Below, piece after piece: positions 61,215 to 64,000 of a stretch of 64,000 nucleotides of DNA. The notes below the pieces were generated by a model. It searched no databases, was not told the origin of the DNA, and was given only the letters and a program-made list of their open reading frames with translations. The position numbers and the translations under genes were made by a program. This DNA is from Chara braunii (taxonomy: Eukaryota > Plantae > Charophyceae): contig BFEA01000019.1 in NCBI GenBank assembly GCA_003427395.1, forward strand, positions 3,256,565-3,320,564. Reading direction: 5' to 3'. How positions within the stretch are numbered: the stretch's first letter is position 1; each line of letters starts with the position of its first letter.

Positions 61215-62299
61215 ATATTGAGTGGCTCCTTATATCTGATAAGGGATCTCTTTTGACAATCCTCACAAGTCTCGCAATATTTTTTAACATCCTTGTACTG
61301 TCCTTCCCACCAATATAGCCGGCGAACCTTCTCCTACGTCCCTTTTATTCCTCTATGTCCGCCGACCACTTCGTCATGTAGCTCCGCCACTATGGACTGC
61401 CATTCCTCTGGATTACAGATCACCCGGAGAGGCATTCCTGCTCCGGCAGGTCGCGGAACAAATGTCCCGCTCTAAGGCAATATTGCGCAGTTTGTCTCCT
61501 AATCTCCGAATCAGCACTCTCCTCTCCGGACAGGTGCAGTCCTATAGTGCGGTACTTGCTTTCATAGAGGTTAACTAGGAAGCTATCCGATCGTCTAGGC
61601 TCAGTCATGGTTAGTGCATCAACTCCTATCGGTCGCTTCGCCTCAATCGGAATCCGTGAGAGTCCGTCAGCCACGACGTTCTTTGTTTCCGAAATGCTTT
61701 CCACAGTGTAATCGTAGAGTCGGATCTTGATCAACCACCGCGCAATTGTAGGATCAGTTAGACTGAAGTTCTTCTGTAAGACTGACGCTACAACTGTAGG
61801 GTCTACCCTGAGAACGAATCACCTCCCATATATATAATGCCTAAAAGCGTCTAGACACCGCAGTACAGCTAACACCTCCTTCTTAAACTGACTGTAGTTG
61901 CGTTCAGCAGTGTTGAGCGTTGATCTCTCGAATCTCAGAGGTCTTTCCTTACCGCCGACATCCTTCTGAGAGAGTAATCCCCCAACCGAACACGGCCCAG
62001 CATCCGTAGATACTATGAAAGGCCTGTTGGTTTCATCCTCAAAGAAAGGTACGCCTAGAATTTGACCTCCTTCTTTGAATTCTTCCTTAAGGGATTGTAC
62101 CGCAAGTTTTTGAGGTGAGTCCCAGTAAAATTTTTCGGTTTTTCTAAGAAGAATTCGCAGAGGTTCCGCCTTTTCGGCATATCCGCGTATAAAAATCCTC
62201 CAGTAACCTACCACTCCTAAGAATTAGCGGAACTCAGTAACACTATGCAATGGTGTCAGTCAGTTCAAGAGTTTCTCTAACTTTCCAAGGTCGGCTCGG
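61215..62299 (-). mobile_element. Ty3/gypsy pol fragment (RT C-terminus, RNase H, integrase zinc finger), pseudogenised
   Basis: VGYWRIFI..PFIVSTDA..ERNYSQFKKEVLAVL..YIYGR*F, RWLIKI..NVVADGLSR, and HDEVVGGHRG..YWWEG..CETCEDCQKR; contains in-frame stops. Confidence 0.93.
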
Positions 62300-64000
62300 T
62301 GTCAAGCGCATCAGTCCTACACCGCACCAGGGCAGCGCGGGACCCTCCCGACCGCGTCACGCAGGAGTTGATTTACATCCTTCGTCACGGATAATACATG
62401 TGGAGCTTCCTTAAGCTGCTCCGGTCGAGTGCGCCAGCCATACCTCTCGCGAGCCCCTACGACAGGATAGGGCCTACGCGAGGCACGACTTACCTACACC
62501 TTACGGGAGCTGTCACCTCCCTTCGGTGGGCGTATCCCCGCCGAGCAACCAGTCCACAGTACGAAAGCTAATCATTTGCAATCGCAGAGGTGGACCAGTC
62601 GAGGGCGTTTCTCGTTTCCCTGTGGCATAGGGGGTACGCGCGGTAATATGCCTCCGTCGGACCTGCACGCGGATCGTCATCTTGGAGGGCTGAAATCCCA
62701 AGCGTGATTCGACGTCGGTCGACTAGGATGCATCCCACACACCACACGCACACCGCTCTAGCAACCACAAGACAACAACACACACACATGCACGAAAACG
62801 ACACAACACAAACAACTCTACAACGCTCCTAGCCCCTCGGTAGCCGACCCATAACTTTCCAATGCGGAAATCGAATAGGCGTTGCGCGCGAGACTCCGTA
62901 TAAAACCGCGCGGACGCAGGGCTAACTCATATCGACTCGTGATGCAAACGTGCACAAACAGTCGCAATAAAGGCATACTATGTGGTACCCATACTCACAC
63001 AGTCCCCGTTAATTGCGAGGGTCGCGTTCGACCCTCAAGTGTCGGTTGACACGCGCCTTGAGGGTTAATCTCTCGACGCTGGACAACCGCCATGCGCGGT
63101 TGAAGACCACATCTTCTTCTGCACCCTGTGCAGAGGGGTTGAGTAGACAGGTTTAAACTGTCGTAGCGGTCGAACTTCAAGGGGTTTGACTTTGACGGCT
63201 ACCACGGACTATAACGTCCAACTATAAAAAACTCCAAAGAGCAAAAGGATGAAAACGGATCTCCCTTTTTCTCTCGAACCATAATCTGGCTAACCCTTGC
63301 TCACGATCATAACAAGCTGAGCGCATGCCCAAGACATATATAAATATATACATAAGGCTTATTTATATAGGACGATCACTTCTCACAGTCACAGTGGGAC
63401 TCCTCTCTATCATATACACATGTAATCGCAGACAGTCACATCCAGAGTTCGAACCACAACCGTACCTGCAATCACATTAAAGATTCAACCAGAAGTCCAC
63501 ACGCTACACGGGGTCAACTTCAACCATTCCTTCGACACTCATACCCCTCGCTTTAGCCATGCAAACCCCACACCTCTTGTCCTGTTAAATGACCATTCAA
63601 TAAAATTTCGGGTGAAACCTTAATGAAACAGCGAAATCACCAGGGCTAAAGCCTTTTAGGTTGAGTGTGGAGGGTGGGTTGAAATTGAGTCGTAGACCGA
63701 CGAATCGGCAACCGACCTGTTATCAGTGATAACAGAAAGTGATCCTCAAGGAATCAAGCTAGATCTAGCCCTGAACTTGGATCAAATGATAAAAAAGACC
63801 TGTAACACACGACAGACCAATCCCCAAGCTAAAATCATAAGTGTATGGAGAATACAACTCCATAATACATCCTCACTCAAAATCTCCCTATAAGCTAACC
63901 CTAAGTCTACCTCTAAGCCAGTGCTTAAGCCAAAGGTAGACCAACTGCAGAATCTCCCCTATTCTGGGTGGATCGCCTGAATCACCACCTGTCAAAATAT
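62300..64000. mobile_element. Probable LTR or non-coding part of another LTR retrotransposon truncating the pol fragment
   Basis: The pol frame ends abruptly at a TGTCAAGC terminus and non-coding sequence follows. The other end is not identified. Confidence 0.5.

Overview
Repeat-dense eukaryotic nuclear DNA, most likely from a streptophyte green alga or plant. Chara-like is an inference from the gene orthologies, CCCTAAA repeats and TE style. The window has several N gaps and one library-adapter artefact. Only two intact protein-coding genes are supportable, both with intronless CDS: a mitochondrial P-class PPR protein resembling Arabidopsis At4g35850 (8767-10815, +) and a Stm1/HABP4-PAI-RBP1 RGG RNA-binding protein resembling RGGA (51489-53138, -). 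The rest is decayed L1/Tx1-type LINEs, a Ty3/gypsy pol fragment, several DNA-transposon or MITE families, tRNA-derived SINE-like pieces, an LSU rRNA fragment, interstitial telomere repeats and micro/minisatellites. The most interesting signal is a set of short, modular, covarying RNA pseudoknot cassettes. They sit just upstream of the poly(A) tail in more than ten dispersed retroposed 3' ends whose upstream sequences mostly differ.
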